Shown: positions 10,058 to 20,379, counted from the first letter of the stretch. The stretch is 64,000 bases of DNA from an uncultured Candidatus Saccharibacteria bacterium (GCA_964409225.1 CAYPCM010000002.1:413-64412); one strand, 5' to 3'. Made by a program: numbers and translations. The notes: generated from the sequence alone by a model not told the origin.

Positions 10058-10102
10058 ATATTGATTTATAGCATGGCCTGATTTTAGAGTCAACCCCCCC
10101 CC
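10058..10102 (-). promoter_or_regulatory. sigma-70-type promoter TTGACT-N17-TATAAA directly upstream of ATG at 10053 (near-leaderless), abutting a C9/G9 homopolymer (10094-10102)
   Basis: reverse complement of 10065-10093 reads TTGACTctaaaatcaggccatgcTATAAA. Confidence 0.45.
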
Positions 10103-10177
10103 GCACCCCTTTCCACAGACCGCTACGCTCTCTTCATACCTGACCACCTTACATCTGTCAATGGGAAAAAAGTTTCA

Positions 10178-10206
10178 GGCGCTCGCCAGTTGGCGAGCGC
10201 CTGTCC
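10178..10206 (-). terminator. Rho-independent terminator after 10209..11441 (caggcgctcgcc-agtt-ggcgagcgcctg + U-tract on minus strand)
   Basis: perfect 12-bp stem followed by AAACUUUUUU on minus strand. Confidence 0.55.
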
Positions 10207-10208
10207 GA

Positions 10209-11441
10209 TCACCTCTCGAAGATGATGCTATCGACATCCGCAAAGAACTCGCGCTCGGCCGCGCGATCCCTCAAGACCGCCTCGTAATTGTATGGGGCGA
10301 GACGCGCTTCGTATATCACATACGAAGGCGGCTTCCAATGCATCCGCCGCGGTCCGGGGTAGCGCGGGCCAAGTGGTTCTGCCGCGTAACGAACCTCAAT
10401 GTCGCGCGCGAAGGGACCCCGGTCAGAGTTTCCAAACGGCGCGAGGATGTTGCGCCTTCCGGCTAACGTCTGCCGTAACCGCTGCGTCTCGGCGGCAACC
10501 TCGTGAGTGATGCATGCCGCCCGCACGAGGAGCTCGAGCACCGCATCAGGATGTTCAAGAAGGGGCCCATACCGCCGCCGGAGATGCACCCGGCGTTCGA
10601 CACTCGTAGAATACCCGCCGCCCTTCTTGCGTCGCCGCCTCATGCGTTCATGGACAACTTCTTCAAAGCGGGGTTTGCGTGTTTGAACCTGAAGGAGCTC
10701 GAGCAACGCGGCTGGCCGGTAGAAATAGATCTGGCCGGGCCGCATGAGGAACTCACGCACCTCCCGGGGCACCGCACCGTTGAGCTGCCATCGGTACGGC
10801 TGCATAAGCGTGTGCAGCACCGAAGCGTATGCAAAGAGTCTCCGGTTGAAAGCGGGATGGCACTGGTCCAACGTGTTGAATATACCCACGAGGACCGGAT
10901 CGCCCATGTCCACGCTTACTCGCGTACCTCGCCAGGGTGCCGCAGCGAACGCGGCTTCCCGATCGTCGTCAGTCCGCACCGGGACGGCGTCCCCGTTACG
11001 GTCGAATCGCAAGACGAGTTGGCGCCGGCGGAACACACCCTTAACTTTATAGCGCTCTTCGACTCGCCGCGCGACCGCGTCGCGCAAGCATTCGATGATG
11101 GGAGGCAACACCGCCTCCCATGCCTGCGTGGGTAACGCGACTTGGGCACGGCTCCGATGCGGAGCGATGACGCCCCGTTCGTTGGTGCGTGCGCGTCCGT
11201 ACGGGCGTGTCCGACCAAGTCCAATCTCTCCGGCAACGCGGAGTTCTCGGGACGCTGCTTGGTGCAACACGGCGATCACGCTCAGTCGTGCGCCATGCCG
11301 CGGGTACTCGGCTTCTGCGCGAAACCCGTCACCCTCTCGCCAAACTCGGATAATATACCGAGCTCGCTCTTGCAGAATCTGAAGTGAGATTGTTGGGTCG
11401 GCGGCATGATGGCCGCTGACCCGTGGTCGTGCGGCCTCCAT
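10209..11441 (-). CDS. hypothetical protein (410 aa)
   Basis: long ORF with AGGAGGG SD; no recognised domain. Confidence 0.55.
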   Translation of the reverse strand: MEAARPRVSGHHAADPTISLQILQERARYIIRVWREGDGFRAEAEYPRHGARLSVIAVLHQAASRELRVAGEIGLGRTRPYGRARTNERGVIAPHRSRAQVALPTQAWEAVLPPIIECLRDAVARRVEERYKVKGVFRRRQLVLRFDRNGDAVPVRTDDDREAAFAAAPWRGTRVSVDMGDPVLVGIFNTLDQCHPAFNRRLFAYASVLHTLMQPYRWQLNGAVPREVREFLMRPGQIYFYRPAALLELLQVQTRKPRFEEVVHERMRRRRKKGGGYSTSVERRVHLRRRYGPLLEHPDAVLELLVRAACITHEVAAETQRLRQTLAGRRNILAPFGNSDRGPFARDIEVRYAAEPLGPRYPGPRRMHWKPPSYVIYEARLAPYNYEAVLRDRAAEREFFADVDSIIFER

Positions 11442-11499
11442 CGTCGCCCTCCTACCGGGTTCGAAAACCCGGTCATTTTGAGTTGATTTGGAATGAACG

Positions 11500-11800
11500 C
11501 CTCCACGCCTTCACTATGACGAGGAATGGGTACGAGAGCAACCGCCGGTTATCCCCAGATGTGATACCGAGAGGAGGTGGTGCCGCCTAACGGCGAGGCG
11601 GCTCACGCCGCCTGGTGATAAACACCTAGAAGATGGCGAAAACGGTATTCACCGTTTCAGGCGGCATAAGCCGCCTGGCGACAAACGCTGACAAGGTGGA
11701 GGAAACGCTTCAGCGTTTAGGCGGCTCCGCCGCCTGGTCATAAAGACCTGGTCATAAAGACTTAGAAGATGGCGAAAACGGTATTCACCGTTTTCGCCAT
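11500..11800. repeat. intergenic direct repeats (agaagatggcgaaaacggtattcaccgtt x2; gccgcctggYgaYaaaSRc x3) including perfect 12-bp hairpin ggcgaaaacggt-attc-accgttttcgcc
   Basis: read directly; lies between secF stop and start of upstream gene. Confidence 0.5.
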
Positions 11801-12666
11801 CTTTCCCAAATCACCAAGATTGGACTTGCTACAAAAATCGAGGAGTACGTGCCGAAAGCAATTCCCAAAATCAGCACAAGCGCAAAATACTTGGTCGTAG
11901 CACCCCCAAAAAGAAACACGGCCATAAGCGCAAACACAACCGTAAGGGACGTATTGATCGAACGCGCCACACTCTGATTGACCGAAGCATTTACCACTTC
12001 CTCAAAAGTGCCCGCGGTACCCTTGAGCAGGTTCTCGCGGGTCCGATCGAAGACGACGATCGTGTCATGCACCGAAAACCCAAGAATTGTGAGCACTGCG
12101 GCGATGGCCGCGGTATTGAACTCTACTCCCAAAAACCGACCCAAAACCGCGTATGCGCCAACGCTGATCACTACATCGTGGAAAAGCGCAATGAGGGTAG
12201 CGAGGCCATAGATCCACGACGAAACCGGCCGCACCACTTTTCTAAAAGCAAAGGCGATGTAAAGCACGATGAGCAGGAGCGCCAGCGCCACTGCTATGGC
12301 TGCCTTGCGAGCAATCTCTCGCGAGATGGTGGGTCCAATGAGCGAAAAGCGCTGGACCTTGGCCTCCCCGATTCTCTGCAAAGCAAAGAGCGTCGTGGCT
12401 TTTACGCCCTCATCACTTTGCTTGCTACGCACCAGCACCCGATCGGTGCCAATGGGTTGCAGAATAGGATCAAACCCCGCCTCCTCAATGACGCGGCGCA
12501 TGGAATCCACCGAGGGCCGAGGTGAAGAAAATGAAATCTCCACCAAGCTGCCGCCAGTAAAATCAATGCCGAGCCGGAAACCGAAAACCGCGATGGCCGC
12601 AGCGGCCGCGATAACAAAAGCAGCGGAAAGCGAGAGATAGATGCGTCGGTGCTGGATGATCCTCAT
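11785..12666 (-). CDS. secF: protein translocase subunit SecF
   Basis: SecF 6-TM pattern, conserved FDRTRENL and HDxxxxxG region. Confidence 0.9.
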   Translation of the reverse strand: MRIIQHRRIYLSLSAAFVIAAAAAIAVFGFRLGIDFTGGSLVEISFSSPRPSVDSMRRVIEEAGFDPILQPIGTDRVLVRSKQSDEGVKATTLFALQRIGEAKVQRFSLIGPTISREIARKAAIAVALALLLIVLYIAFAFRKVVRPVSSWIYGLATLIALFHDVVISVGAYAVLGRFLGVEFNTAAIAAVLTILGFSVHDTIVVFDRTRENLLKGTAGTFEEVVNASVNQSVARSINTSLTVVFALMAVFLFGGATTKYFALVLILGIAFGTYSSIFVASPILVIWERWRKR

Positions 12667-12770
12667 AACAATTTTAAATTCATAATTTCGAATTTTGAAT
12701 CAAATCCGAATGATCGAATGTTTCAAAATTGTGTCATTCAAAATTCATTCGAAATTCAAAATTTGGAATT

Positions 12771-14225
12771 CTACGAGCGAACCCCAAACAGCCACCTCGC
12801 CCTCGCCACCCTTGTATTCTCCAGCCCTCTCAACATCATCCTCGACACCATAATCGCCGTAAACATTGAAACAAGTACCCCGATTGCGAGGGTAAGCGCA
12901 AAGCCCTTCACGCTGGATTCGCCTAACCAAAACAAAATACCAGCCGTGATGAGCGATGAAATATTAGAGTCGCGTATCGAAGTCCAGGCGCGTTTGAACC
13001 CGTCGTGAATCGCGGCCGCGAGCGCTTTGCCGAGACGCAATTCTTCCTTCAAACGCTCAAAAATAAGCACGTTCGCGTCAACCGCCATGCCAATGGACAG
13101 CACAAATCCCGCGATGCCGGCCAGCGTAAGCGTAACCGGTACAAGCTTAAATACCGCCAGCACCAAGATCGAGTATATAAAAAGTGCAAGCACCGCCACT
13201 ACTCCGGGCAACCGGTACCAAACAACCATGAATAGCGCCACCGCCGCAAATCCAATGAGTGCGGCGCGAAAACTTTGCCTCAAGTATCCTGCTCCGAGCG
13301 AGGCCTCCACCGACTCTTGGCTCACGAGCTTAATCGGCACGGGCAAGGCGCCTGCGCTGAGCCGCCGCGCAAGTTCCCGGGCTTCGACGATGGTGAAGTT
13401 TCCAGAAATCGTGGCGCGGCCCTCGGGAATCTCGTTTTGCACCACCGGCGCCGACAACAGAAACTTGTCAAGGAAAATCGCGACGGGCTTCCCCACGTTG
13501 CGCTTCGTCAAATCCTGAAACAGCTTGGCACCCTCGGCGTTGAACTCGATTGCGACCTGCGGCTTATTCGTATTCGGGTCGAAATCAAGCGCGGCATTCT
13601 TGAGGTACTGGCCGGTGAGCGTTGAAGGTTCGTAGCACGGGTCACGGCCGTTTGCGCGGGTCATCAAGTCGTAGAGCGCCTGAGGATTGCCGCAGATAAA
13701 CGTTTTCGCCTGATTGATTTGATCGGCGGTAAAGTTTGAACCGCTCAAATCCTCGTTAAGCCGCTTCGTCCGTTCCTCGTCCGACAGCTCTTCTCGGAAT
13801 TCGAGAAAGGGGGTTTCGCCGATGATCTGAATCGCGCGGTCAATCTCCTTGATGCCGGCAAGTTCCACGATGAGCCGGTTTGCGCCCGGCGCCTGCTCAA
13901 GCTGCACCACCGGCTCTTGCGCACCGAACAAATTCACGCGCCGCTCCACCACGTTACGCAAGCTCTCGAGAGCGTTTGGCCTCTCGCCTGCCGGAATCTT
14001 AGACGTGTCGGCATCATAAGCAAGATGCACCCCGCCGATAAGGTCAAGCCCCAGCCGAAACGGCACTTTCGTAAAGCCGGTGATTTTAGGTAATCCGATT
14101 TTCGTATTCCAAAAATTTATCCCGCGATCCCATACTTCCGGCGCAATGAAAAAACCGGCAGCTAGTCCCATGAGCAATATGCCAGCCATGACGAAACGTA
14201 TTTTGTTGCGGCGAAAGAAGTTCAC
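12771..14225 (-). CDS. secD: protein translocase subunit SecD
   Basis: SecD periplasmic domain and C-terminal TM bundle (LGLDLIGG, GAGYLRQS...); start placed at GTG giving N-terminus MNFFRRNKIRFVMAGILLMGL; track start 14333 would leave only 11 bp to divergent relA. Confidence 0.85.
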   Translation of the reverse strand: MNFFRRNKIRFVMAGILLMGLAAGFFIAPEVWDRGINFWNTKIGLPKITGFTKVPFRLGLDLIGGVHLAYDADTSKIPAGERPNALESLRNVVERRVNLFGAQEPVVQLEQAPGANRLIVELAGIKEIDRAIQIIGETPFLEFREELSDEERTKRLNEDLSGSNFTADQINQAKTFICGNPQALYDLMTRANGRDPCYEPSTLTGQYLKNAALDFDPNTNKPQVAIEFNAEGAKLFQDLTKRNVGKPVAIFLDKFLLSAPVVQNEIPEGRATISGNFTIVEARELARRLSAGALPVPIKLVSQESVEASLGAGYLRQSFRAALIGFAAVALFMVVWYRLPGVVAVLALFIYSILVLAVFKLVPVTLTLAGIAGFVLSIGMAVDANVLIFERLKEELRLGKALAAAIHDGFKRAWTSIRDSNISSLITAGILFWLGESSVKGFALTLAIGVLVSMFTAIMVSRMMLRGLENTRVARARWLFGVRS

Positions 14226-14344
14226 TCTGAATCCAAGATTACAGATGGACGACCCATCGAAAACAGTGTAGGCCAGTACCGTGAAGTCGTCAAACCAAAG
14301 GCGCATGGCGTAAACAACCCAAGCGACATACAATCTAATTACCC

Positions 14345-15790
14345 ATGACCTTTGCAGACCTCCGGCAAAAAATCAAACAAACCTACGGCTCGAAGTTCAA
14401 CTGCGATTTGGTTGAGCGGGCGTACCGATTCGCCGAAGAGGCGCACCGCGACGAAAAACGCAAGTCCGGCGAACCGTTCATAAGCCACCCCGTGGCCGTG
14501 GCAAACTTGCTTGTGGCGAGACGCCTTGACGCCGCGACCATTGCCGCGGCTATTCTGCACGACGTTGCGGAAAGCGCGCCCTATACGAAGGCGGACATCG
14601 AACGTGCATTTGGTTCAGAGGTGGCTTCGCTGGTCGAGGGCGTCACCAAACTCAAAAACATCCGCTACACCGCTGCGCGTTTGAAAAACGAGCACATAGA
14701 AAACTTGAGGAAAATGGTATTCGCTTTTGCGAAGGACATTCGGGTCGTGCTCATCAAGCTCATGGACCGGCTGCACAATATGGAAACGATCTCCTTCCTA
14801 AAACCAGATGCCCAGCAGCGTATCGCCTTGGAGACGCTCGAAATTTATGCCCCGCTGGCAAATCGTCTCGGCATGGGCGAGCTCAAGGGTCAGCTCGAAG
14901 ACCTGTCCTTCCCCGTGGCGTACCCGGATGAGTGGCGCGAGCTCCATAGCCGCGTTACCGAACCCCTCGAGGAGCGCCGCAAGTTCATCAGCCGGCTTAT
15001 CCCGACACTTCGACAACTCCTCGAGGATAACCATATCCCCATCCTTGATATGCACGCTCGCGCGAAACACTGGTACAGCTTGTGGAAAAAGCTTGAGCGC
15101 TACGAAGGCAACCTCGAACGCGTTTACGATCTCGCGGCCGTACGGCTCATCGTGAGTTCAATTGAGCACTGTTACGCCGCACTCGGCGTTATCCATAGCG
15201 CCTGGCCGCCCCTGCCCGGACGCATCAAGGACTTTATCGCACTGCCCAAGCCAAACGGCTATCGGTCGCTTCATACGACCATCGTGGGGCCAGAGGGCAA
15301 AATCACCGAAATGCAAATCCGCACGCTGGATATGCACCACGAAGACGAAGAGGGCATCGCCGCCCACTGGACGTACAAAGAGGACCGCCACACGAAGCAT
15401 ACGCTTCAGAAAACCAAGGCCCTCACGTGGGTGAAGCAACTGCGCGATTGGATGAAACAATTCCACGACGAGCGCGAACTTTTGGAGTCACTGCGCATTG
15501 ACTTTTTCAAAGATCGGATTTTCGTATTCACTCCAAAAGGCGAGGTTATTGATCTGCCGCAGGATTCAACCCCAATTGACTTTGCCTATCACATCCATTC
15601 CGACATCGGCGATCATGCCATGGGCGCGAAGGTAAACGGAAAGATGACCGCGCTCTCAACCGACCTCCAAAACGGCGACATGGTGGAAATTCTCACCCAG
15701 AAAGCAAAGAAGCCGAGCGCAAAGTGGCTCGGCTTCGTGAAGACCTCTGTTGCCCGCAGACACATCCAGGCCGCGGTACGGAAACGTTGA
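14345..15790 (+). CDS. bifunctional (p)ppGpp synthetase/hydrolase, short RelA/SpoT homologue (HD + synthetase + TGS, no ACT)
   Basis: HD motif HPVAVANLL..ILHDVAE; synthetase YRSLHTTIVGPEGKITEMQIRT; TGS IFVFTPKGEVIDLPQDSTPIDFAYHIHSDIG. Confidence 0.9.
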   Translation: MTFADLRQKIKQTYGSKFNCDLVERAYRFAEEAHRDEKRKSGEPFISHPVAVANLLVARRLDAATIAAAILHDVAESAPYTKADIERAFGSEVASLVEGVTKLKNIRYTAARLKNEHIENLRKMVFAFAKDIRVVLIKLMDRLHNMETISFLKPDAQQRIALETLEIYAPLANRLGMGELKGQLEDLSFPVAYPDEWRELHSRVTEPLEERRKFISRLIPTLRQLLEDNHIPILDMHARAKHWYSLWKKLERYEGNLERVYDLAAVRLIVSSIEHCYAALGVIHSAWPPLPGRIKDFIALPKPNGYRSLHTTIVGPEGKITEMQIRTLDMHHEDEEGIAAHWTYKEDRHTKHTLQKTKALTWVKQLRDWMKQFHDERELLESLRIDFFKDRIFVFTPKGEVIDLPQDSTPIDFAYHIHSDIGDHAMGAKVNGKMTALSTDLQNGDMVEILTQKAKKPSAKWLGFVKTSVARRHIQAAVRKR

Positions 15791-16042
15791 ACCTCAACCT
15801 GTCCGGCGCAGCTTCCGGCCAACAGTCCCTCGCAATCCATAATACGCTTTGATCCCGCGCTGCCACTAAAGAAGTCTGGATCCTGACACAATTGTCATTC
15901 CGTGCCTACCTGCCCCGGACTTGATCCGGGGCGGAATCCACGACCGTCGTGTGGATCCTGACTTTCGTCAGGATGACATGCTTCCGTAGGCATGCCACTT
16001 TCGTCGGGATGACACGAGGAAAACTCCCAGAATAGAGCCGCG

Positions 16043-18706
16043 TTAAGCCGCGCGCACTCGGCCGAAGCATCGCTGCTTGGCGATTTCGAGGAACACGAGT
16101 TCCGCTGCGCTCACGCCGAACACAATGAGCCAATCAAACGGTTGAAGCGCGACCGTCGAAAGCACACGCTGGAACGCCGGCAGATACACGGCGAACATGA
16201 GGAGTAGAACCCCGAAGAGCCCCGCCGCAACCAGCAGCTTGTTTGAAAATATGTCTTCGCGCACGATGGGCTTGCGGATTGCCCGCACAATGAATGCAAG
16301 CACGAGCGAATCAATCGCCATGAGCGCAAATACTATAGTGCGCACCCGATCCAAATCCGGAATCTTAAGCCACAAAAGCACAAAAGTTCCGAGCGCCGCG
16401 ATTCCAGTGATGAGCGCCATGAAAGCGGCAAATTTCCGAAGCGGCCGGTGAAAAATCGGCTCAGCCGGATCGCGAGGCGGATCAGCCATAACTTCGTGTT
16501 CCTTGCCCTCAAAAGCGAGGGCAGTGCCGGGAAAGCCGTCTTCAATTACGTTAATCCATAAAATTTGCGCGGGCAGAAGCGGAATCGGCATGCCCATGGC
16601 CATGGTGCCTAAAAACAGAATGAGTTCTGAAAAGTCATCAGCCAGAAGATAGATAATGACTTTGCGAATAGTGCCGAAGGTGGTGCGGCCTTCTTCGACA
16701 GCGTCGGTAATTGTCTTGAAATTGTCGTCAAGTAAAATCATGTCCGCCGACTCTTTGGCCACATCGGTGCCTGAGCCAAGCGCCAGCCCCACGTCGGCGC
16801 GGCGAAGCGCCGGAGCGTCGTTCACTCCGTCGCCGGTCATAGCCACCACTTGCCCCATATTTTGCAGCGTCTCGACTATACGCACTTTGGTGCGCGGGAC
16901 CACCCTGGCAAAGACGCTATACGTCTGCAGTGAGTTCTGAAGCGTTTTATCCGACATCTCTTCCACTGCCTCGCCCGTAAGCACGTGTTCATCGTCGTCC
17001 TCGATCAAACCAACTTCTTTAGCCACGGCGAGGGCCGTACCCGGATGATCACCAGTTACCATGACCGGCCGGATGCCCGCGCGTCGGGCCGTAGCAATCG
17101 CGTGCTTGGCCTCAACTCTGATGGGATCTGAAAGTCCGATCAACCCGACAAAAGTGAGCTTTTTTACCAATTCGCTGACCTTTACGTAAGTCGGGCGCCT
17201 ATGGTAGCGGCGCGTCGCGCAAGCCACCACCCGAATACCTTGAGACGCAAGCCGCGCGACGTCGGCGCGAAGCGCTGCCCGCTTTTCCCGCGTGAGCGCT
17301 TCGGACGCACCGTCGGCGTGAAGTGTATCCGAGATGGCAATAAGTTGCTCCGGCTCGCCCAGCACCACCAAGAGCCAACCCTTACTGTCTTTGCGCAAGC
17401 TGGCCGCATACCCCCGGCTTGATTCGAACGATAGGTGGACTATTCTAGGATACTGACTTTCCAGTTCGTGCTTGCGAAGCCCGGAGTGCATCCCGGCCAA
17501 GACCAAAGCGCGCTCGGTTGGCCGGCCTCGCACCACCCAGTCCTTAAATGTTTCATCGGGATTTTCGATAAACGCATCGTTTGCGAGCACCGCTACTTTA
17601 AGGGCCACAATATGCGATTCAACGCCATTGTGATTAAAGTTCTCGTACGGCGGCTTATGCAGAAGTTCACGGGTGTTGGTTAAAATGTGGCTTACCTGCA
17701 TTCGTCCTTCCGTAAGCGTGCCGGTTTTGTCGGTACAGATAACGGTAATGGCGCCCAGCGTCTCCGTGGCCGCAAGGTTGCGCACAAGCCCGCGCACCCG
17801 TAAAACGCGGCGCATGCCAAGCGCGAGAACAACGGTCATAAGAGGCAATAGCCCCTCCGGGATGGCAGACACAATGAGCGCCAGCGACGCCACAAACAGC
17901 TCATCAAACGCCTTGCCGCGTGTGAGCCCCACGCCAAGCAAAACCACAACAAAAGCAACGATCCCCACGCCCAAAGCCATGGACAACCCGACGAGCCGAC
18001 GCTGCAGAGGCGTACGCACCCCAACTGTTTCGCCAAGCAGAGCGACGGTGCGGCCAAATTCTGTCGCGGCGCCAACTGCCGTAACTACGGCTTCGCCCTC
18101 GCCTTCAGCCGCCAAAGTACCGGCCCAGACCATGTTTACCCTGTTAGTTACAGCAGCATCTGCCGGTACCGCGTCTACCGATTTCATAACCGGCAGCCAT
18201 TCGCCGGTGAGAGCTGATTCTTCGGTTTTAAGATTGTCGGCCACGATAAGCCGGGCGTCGGCCGGAATGCGATCGCCCATGCGAATGGCGATGCGATCGC
18301 CCATCACAAGTTCTGCGGCGGGTATTATCCGGTCGTAGCCGCCACGCCGCACCCGCACCACTTCACGCACATAGCGCTTGAGCGCGGCCGCGGTGGCGCC
18401 GGCTTTACGTTCTTGAAAAAAACCAAGGACCGTATTGATGAGAATGACCAAGGCGATAAAGACGGCGTCAAACACATGCCCCAGCCAAATAGAAATTCCC
18501 ACCGCCACAAAAACAATGTAGATAAGCGGGGAATTAAACTGCCGCAGAAAAATTAACAGGGCCGAAGGCGGCCGCGGCAATGGAATCTCGTTGGACCCAA
18601 ACTCGCGCCGCCGGCGCTCAACCGCGGCTTTACCAAGGCCTTCAGGCGAGGGCGATAGACGCCTACAAACCTCAACAGCAGTTAACGAATGCCATGGTGT
18701 CTGCAT
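16043..18706 (-). CDS. cation-transporting P-type ATPase (type IIA, Ca2+/Mg2+-like)
   Basis: phosphorylation motif ICTDKTGTLT, hinge VAMTGDGVNDAPALRRADVGLALG; start at MQTPWHSLTAVEV (track ORF to 18913 is non-coding-looking extension). Confidence 0.9.
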   Translation of the reverse strand: MQTPWHSLTAVEVCRRLSPSPEGLGKAAVERRRREFGSNEIPLPRPPSALLIFLRQFNSPLIYIVFVAVGISIWLGHVFDAVFIALVILINTVLGFFQERKAGATAAALKRYVREVVRVRRGGYDRIIPAAELVMGDRIAIRMGDRIPADARLIVADNLKTEESALTGEWLPVMKSVDAVPADAAVTNRVNMVWAGTLAAEGEGEAVVTAVGAATEFGRTVALLGETVGVRTPLQRRLVGLSMALGVGIVAFVVVLLGVGLTRGKAFDELFVASLALIVSAIPEGLLPLMTVVLALGMRRVLRVRGLVRNLAATETLGAITVICTDKTGTLTEGRMQVSHILTNTRELLHKPPYENFNHNGVESHIVALKVAVLANDAFIENPDETFKDWVVRGRPTERALVLAGMHSGLRKHELESQYPRIVHLSFESSRGYAASLRKDSKGWLLVVLGEPEQLIAISDTLHADGASEALTREKRAALRADVARLASQGIRVVACATRRYHRRPTYVKVSELVKKLTFVGLIGLSDPIRVEAKHAIATARRAGIRPVMVTGDHPGTALAVAKEVGLIEDDDEHVLTGEAVEEMSDKTLQNSLQTYSVFARVVPRTKVRIVETLQNMGQVVAMTGDGVNDAPALRRADVGLALGSGTDVAKESADMILLDDNFKTITDAVEEGRTTFGTIRKVIIYLLADDFSELILFLGTMAMGMPIPLLPAQILWINVIEDGFPGTALAFEGKEHEVMADPPRDPAEPIFHRPLRKFAAFMALITGIAALGTFVLLWLKIPDLDRVRTIVFALMAIDSLVLAFIVRAIRKPIVREDIFSNKLLVAAGLFGVLLLMFAVYLPAFQRVLSTVALQPFDWLIVFGVSAAELVFLEIAKQRCFGRVRAA

Positions 18707-18765
18707 GTGCTTAAAGCATACCAAATTGGCGGACAAAACTTGTCCCCATACGGTCGTGCCTCCCC

Positions 18766-20331
18766 TCAACAGAACCGTGAAGCCAGCGTGTGAATATCGC
18801 CCGCACCCATTATGATCACGACGTCCACCGCCCCAAGCTCGTCGCGAATGAGGCGCTCTGTTTCCGGAAGATCGGCGCCGTACTGCGCCGGACGTCCGGT
18901 GCGCTGGAGACAACTCACAATTTCTCGGCTTGAAATTGCGATGTTTTCTTCCCGGCCCGAAACGTCAAAAATTTCGCTCACAATCACTTGATCAGCCAAC
19001 GCTAACGCCTCCACAAAACCGTCCAGGAAATGCTGCGTACGGTTTCGCTGGTGCGGCTGGAACGCCGCGAGAATCCGCCGACCCGGAAAAAACTCCCGCG
19101 CCGCGCGGATTGTTTCGCGCACCGCAGTCGGGTGATGAGCGTAATCAGAAACAATGATTTTACCCAACGCACCAGAAGGCCATCGGCTCCTGCCGGTGGA
19201 TGAATGGTTGGTGCGTCGGCCTTCGGTGCGGGGTTCCGCCCCGCCACCGAAGTACGAGGTGCCGCCGACTCCCGTCGGCGGGGCTCCACTTCGAGCCGTG
19301 TCGAGAAACTTGCCTTGTTCCGCGTCGAAGGGACGCGGGCCGTTCTGCCCACACATAATCTCAAATCGCCGCCAGGTGCCGCGGAAACTCGCGACTGCCT
19401 TTTGGATTTCCTCAACCCGAACGCCGAGAGCGTGTGCGGCGGCGATAGCCGCCAAGGCATTGAAGGCGTAAATCTCGCCCGGCAAACGCAACTGAAACTC
19501 GTACTCTTCTCGGGCTATCCGCACCCGCAATGACTGCCCGCCGTCATTGACCGCACGAGAAATCAACTGCACATCCACCGCCCCACCATCACTATCATAT
19601 ATTGATATATTATAGTGACGGGAGGCGCCGTAAGCGATTTTCTTGGCACGGCTGGTTTGGACGACTTCAACCACCGCTGGGTCATCGCGGTTATAAACCA
19701 AAATGCCTTCCGGCGTTAGTAGCGCGACGTACTCGCGGAAAGCGCTCTTGATGTCGTCGAAATCCTTAAAGTAGTCGAGGTGGTCAACTTCGATATTCGT
19801 AAGCGCTATCAGCCGCGGCCGGAGGTTGAGGAAATGCCGGCGGTACTCGCAGCCCTCGACGACGACATACTGACCACTTCCAACTCGTAGATTTGAGCCG
19901 TCGAAATTACCGACCCTGCTGCCCACAACCACAGTTGGATTAAGCCCCGACTCAACGAGAATATGGCCGAGCAAAGCAGTGGTTGTTGTTTTACCATTCG
20001 TGCCGGAAACCGCGATGCCGTACCTATTCGCCATCAAAGCGCCAAGTGCCTCGGGATATGACCGCTGCGGAATGCCGCGACGCTCTGCTTCAGCCCGTTC
20101 GGGGTTGTCGGAAGGCACCGCCGGCGAATACACCACGAGTTCGGTTTGAGTCGGTATATTCTCGGTCGCGTGGCCGATCGAGATGGCGGCACCAAGCCGC
20201 TCCAGTTCGGTTGTAATCTCGGACCGCTTCAAGTCCGATCCGCTCACCGCGCACCCACGATGTAAAAACAGCCGCGCCATGGCCGACACCCCAATCCCGC
20301 CAATGCCGATGAAGTGAGTATGTTGCGTCAC
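18766..20331 (-). CDS. murC: UDP-N-acetylmuramate--L-alanine ligase
   Basis: N-terminal HFIGIGGIGVSAMA, P-loop GTNGKTTTT, C-terminal DYAHHPTAV; contains ~60-aa low-complexity insertion. Confidence 0.9.
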   Translation of the reverse strand: MTQHTHFIGIGGIGVSAMARLFLHRGCAVSGSDLKRSEITTELERLGAAISIGHATENIPTQTELVVYSPAVPSDNPERAEAERRGIPQRSYPEALGALMANRYGIAVSGTNGKTTTTALLGHILVESGLNPTVVVGSRVGNFDGSNLRVGSGQYVVVEGCEYRRHFLNLRPRLIALTNIEVDHLDYFKDFDDIKSAFREYVALLTPEGILVYNRDDPAVVEVVQTSRAKKIAYGASRHYNISIYDSDGGAVDVQLISRAVNDGGQSLRVRIAREEYEFQLRLPGEIYAFNALAAIAAAHALGVRVEEIQKAVASFRGTWRRFEIMCGQNGPRPFDAEQGKFLDTARSGAPPTGVGGTSYFGGGAEPRTEGRRTNHSSTGRSRWPSGALGKIIVSDYAHHPTAVRETIRAAREFFPGRRILAAFQPHQRNRTQHFLDGFVEALALADQVIVSEIFDVSGREENIAISSREIVSCLQRTGRPAQYGADLPETERLIRDELGAVDVVIIMGAGDIHTLASRFC

Positions 20332-20343
20332 AAAGAGATCGCT

Positions 20344-20379
20344 TTCCTAATTATATCACGTACGTGATATAATTAGGAA
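20344..20379. promoter_or_regulatory. 36-bp perfect palindrome TTCCTAATTATATCACGTACGTGATATAATTAGGAA containing extended -10 TGATATAAT on both strands; 12 bp upstream of murC start
   Basis: read directly; identical copy at 28180-28215. Confidence 0.6.

Noticed and set aside
12649-13008. ORF 12649..13008(+) and other short + strand ORFs inside secD/secF
   Set aside because: They lie antisense to the strongly supported secD and secF genes.
18707-18913. N-terminal extensions of the P-type ATPase (to 18913), of nfo (to 39469) and of ORF 40664..41323
   Set aside because: The extensions are non-homologous and low-complexity. The last one contains an intrinsic terminator. Internal Met starts that fit the homologous N-termini were chosen instead.
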